From a virus (lineage: Duplodnaviria; Caudoviricetes), in the IMG/VR virus record IMGVR_UViG_3300042430_000603, positions 1 through 57,103 of that record: a stretch of DNA of 57,103 nt. The stretch is one strand, 5' to 3'. This document shows positions 54,829 through 57,103 of the stretch, in pieces. The notes beneath the pieces are model-generated. The model ran no database searches. It had not been told where the DNA came from and saw only the letters and a list, made by a program, of their open reading frames with translations. Position 1 is the first letter of the stretch, and each line of letters starts with the position of its first letter. A program made the translations under genes and the position numbers.

Positions 54829-55202
54829 ATCTTGCTAAAAGAATAGCACTAATGTCTCATGCTGAGAAGCGTAAGGTTGGTGCTATTGCAGTAAAAAATA
54901 ATAATATTCTCAGCTTTGGGTTTAATGGAACTCCTACAGGTTTTCCTAATAAATGTGAAGATGATTATAATAAAACACTATCCTATGTAATTCATGCTGA
55001 AGCAAATTTAGTCTCTAAGGCTGCTGCAGAGGGTTTGAGTTTAAAGGGTTCAACAGTATATGTGACAACTGCTCCATGCGACAATTGTTCACTACTACTA
55101 ATCCAATCTGGTATTGAGAGAGTAATATTCTCAGACAGATATAAAACCGATTCAGGTATTTTAACATTAATTCACAGTAATATAAGAGTACAGCAAAAAT
55201 GA
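54789..55202 (+). CDS. dCMP deaminase
   Basis: KVGA, GFNGTP, HAEAN and PCDNC zinc-binding motifs. Confidence 0.9.
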   Translation: MVTKEDRYDSLYLDLAKRIALMSHAEKRKVGAIAVKNNNILSFGFNGTPTGFPNKCEDDYNKTLSYVIHAEANLVSKAAAEGLSLKGSTVYVTTAPCDNCSLLLIQSGIERVIFSDRYKTDSGILTLIHSNIRVQQK

Positions 55203-55387
55203 AAAAAGCATTAGTATACAGAGTTCCATCGGCAACATATACTTATCCTCGTGGCGATAAGTATTTATATCTTAGCTTTGTAGATCGCCCTACAATTATT
55301 AAGTATAAAGTTCGTAATAAAATTGGCAAGAAACTATTAGCTCGAGTTAAGAAATATGGCTTTGAGAAAGTAACCTACCCAGTATGA
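55199..55387 (+). CDS. Hypothetical basic protein
   Basis: 62 aa, ATGA-coupled. Confidence 0.55.
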   Translation: MKKALVYRVPSATYTYPRGDKYLYLSFVDRPTIIKYKVRNKIGKKLLARVKKYGFEKVTYPV

Positions 55388-56088
55388 TAGCATTAGTAGA
55401 CGGGGACGTTCTACTATATCAGGCTATTTGGGATACTGAAAACGTAGAAGAAGCTAAGATTAAATTAGACATAGTTCTTCAAGAAGTTATTGAAAACACC
55501 TTTTGCACTGATTATCTCATTGCAATTGGGGGTCTAAATAATTGGAGAGAAGAGTTTTTTAAAGAATATAAAAGAAGTGCATCTAGGTTAGCATCTAAGA
55601 AAAATAGAGCTGAATATTTTGATGAGCTTAAAGAATGGTTTTGTAATCATCCTAATGCTGTAGTTGCTCACGGATTTGAGGCAGATGACTTAATTCGAAT
55701 TTGGGCGGTAGAAGCAACTAGGGATAACGATCCATTTGTAGTGTGTACAATAGACAAAGATCTAGATTGTATTCCTGGTAAACATTTTAAACCAGGAAAA
55801 GATGAACATTATGAAGTAGATGAGGAATCAGCTGATATCCACTATTGGAAACAAATTCTAATGGGTGATGCAGTAGATAATATTCCTGGACTACCTAAAA
55901 TCGGGCCAGTAAAGGCTTTAAAGATTTTAGAGGGCTGTGATAATAATAATAAAAGAAAGGCAGCAGTAATAAATGCTTACAAACAACAATATGGCGACCA
56001 GTGGAAACCTTATTTACTTGCCAATGGCAGGTTGATCCACATCTGGCGCTATATAAATGACCACTTCCAAATTAAAGAAGAAAGATAA
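55384..56088 (+). CDS. 5'-3' exonuclease (T7 gp6/FEN-like)
   Basis: DGDVLLY, YK..., EADD, DKDL and GD.VDNIPGLPKIGP motifs. Confidence 0.9.
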   Translation: MIALVDGDVLLYQAIWDTENVEEAKIKLDIVLQEVIENTFCTDYLIAIGGLNNWREEFFKEYKRSASRLASKKNRAEYFDELKEWFCNHPNAVVAHGFEADDLIRIWAVEATRDNDPFVVCTIDKDLDCIPGKHFKPGKDEHYEVDEESADIHYWKQILMGDAVDNIPGLPKIGPVKALKILEGCDNNNKRKAAVINAYKQQYGDQWKPYLLANGRLIHIWRYINDHFQIKEER

Positions 56089-56503
56089 TGGGCACTGGGA
56101 ATTTACTGAACAACTAGATCATGAAAATGCTTTTGGATTTATTTATTTAATTAAAGATAAAAAGAATGGTATGATGTATATTGGTAAAAAGATGTTTAAA
56201 GGGAATGGTAAACTTAATAAAGGCAAACCAAGCAATTGGAGAGTTTATACTAGTTCATCTAAAGACATCAATGCACTAATAGAAGAGAATGGCATAGACT
56301 CCTTTGAATTCCACGTATTAGAACAATATTATACTAGAGGAGGTTTAAGTTGGGCAGAAACATGGTCTCAATGTTTTGTAGAAGTTCCAACTAATAATCA
56401 TATCTGGTATAATAGATTCATTGATAAAGTACAATGGCGCTCTTCTGAAACAGTATCTCTTAGACATCGTAAAAGATTAAATAAATTAGCAGGATTAAAA
56501 TAA
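56057..56503 (+). CDS. GIY-YIG-family endonuclease
   Basis: GFIYLI...YIGKK...W..Y.SSS...E...YN. Confidence 0.75.
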   Translation: MTTSKLKKKDNGHWEFTEQLDHENAFGFIYLIKDKKNGMMYIGKKMFKGNGKLNKGKPSNWRVYTSSSKDINALIEENGIDSFEFHVLEQYYTRGGLSWAETWSQCFVEVPTNNHIWYNRFIDKVQWRSSETVSLRHRKRLNKLAGLK

Positions 56504-56679
56504 TGAAATTAATTGGTTTTATACTTGGTTTTTGTTCAATGCTTGTAGTATTAACACAATCAGTTAACTTATTAACAGGTACAGAGCAATGGACTTCAGC
56601 AGACTTTTTATTAGTCTCTATAGCACTAAGTTTTGTATCAACAGCTTGTTTCGCAGCTAACAATGTAATAAATAAATAA
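56503..56679 (+). CDS. 58-aa membrane protein
   Basis: TAATG-coupled ORF with two hydrophobic segments. Confidence 0.55.
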   Translation: MKLIGFILGFCSMLVVLTQSVNLLTGTEQWTSADFLLVSIALSFVSTACFAANNVINK

Positions 56680-56680
56680 A

Positions 56681-57103
56681 ATGGGAAAAATAGTTGTAAA
56701 GGATCAACCTTGCCTAAGTGAAGACTGTGGTAGTAGTGATGCTAGACAGATATACGAGGATAGAACCTCATATTGTTTTTCATGTAGTGGTTGGTTTCCA
56801 GATCAAAGTAAGGATTCTCTAGTGACAACTAAGAAGGAAAATTATGGCACTGAAACATTAGAAGAAATTTCTAGTTACGCTATAAGAGGTTTTGCTGACC
56901 GCAAGATCACAAAGAAAATTGCAGAACACTTTAATATAAGGGTTACCGTAAATGAAAAAGGTGATGTGGATACACATTATTACCCATATGGTATTAATGA
57001 AATTACAGGATATAAGAAACGGATTCTCCCTAAAGACTTCACAGTTGTCGGAAAAATTAAAAGTCTTTTTGGACAAATGCAAGCGGGTAATGGGGGTAAA
57101 CAG
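56681..57103 (+). CDS. T7 gp4-like primase/helicase (3'-truncated by window edge)
   Basis: N-terminal zinc-binding domain PCLSEDCGSSDA...YCFSC, then R.I...F...YPY...YK.R...KDF...LFGQ. Confidence 0.88.
   Translation, partial: MGKIVVKDQPCLSEDCGSSDARQIYEDRTSYCFSCSGWFPDQSKDSLVTTKKENYGTETLEEISSYAIRGFADRKITKKIAEHFNIRVTVNEKGDVDTHYYPYGINEITGYKKRILPKDFTVVGKIKSLFGQMQAGNGGKQ

Noticed and set aside
56057-56503. GIY-YIG gene as part of a self-splicing intron
   Set aside because: The flanking exonuclease and primase genes look intact and no intron-like sequence separates them; it is free-standing.
111-57082. All minus-strand ORFs and nested alternative-frame ORFs in the supplied track
   Set aside because: Short, overlapping well-supported + strand genes, with no recognisable motifs; best explained as shadow ORFs.
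1-57103. Stop-codon reassignment or suppressor tRNA
   Set aside because: Long genes are intact in the standard code with dense packing, and neither tRNA has a suppressor anticodon.

Overview
A 57-kb, AT-rich segment of a tailed dsDNA phage genome. All credible genes are on the + strand and use the standard genetic code. Order: PhoH (partial), portal, head and neck genes, a long non-contractile (sipho-type) tail module with a -1 frameshifted chaperone and a 2045-aa tape measure, very large tail-tip and fibre proteins, 2OG-Fe(II) oxygenases, a heme oxygenase + PcyX-type bilin reductase cassette, a terminator, an early-type region of small genes, a T7-like RNA polymerase, SSB, two tRNAs and a T7-like replication module (PolA, exonuclease, partial primase-helicase). 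The most striking feature is a 1473-aa ORF between portal and scaffold. It fuses a MuF/SPP1-gp7 minor head domain to a second, divergent T7-family RNA polymerase, which makes it a candidate virion-packaged RNAP delivered via the portal. It is accompanied by three SP6-like phage promoters (two embedded in switchable hairpins), a complete type I hammerhead ribozyme between two early genes, and three H-type pseudoknot-like elements, two of which show compensatory base changes. All protein calls come from motif recognition by eye; no database search or folding program was run.
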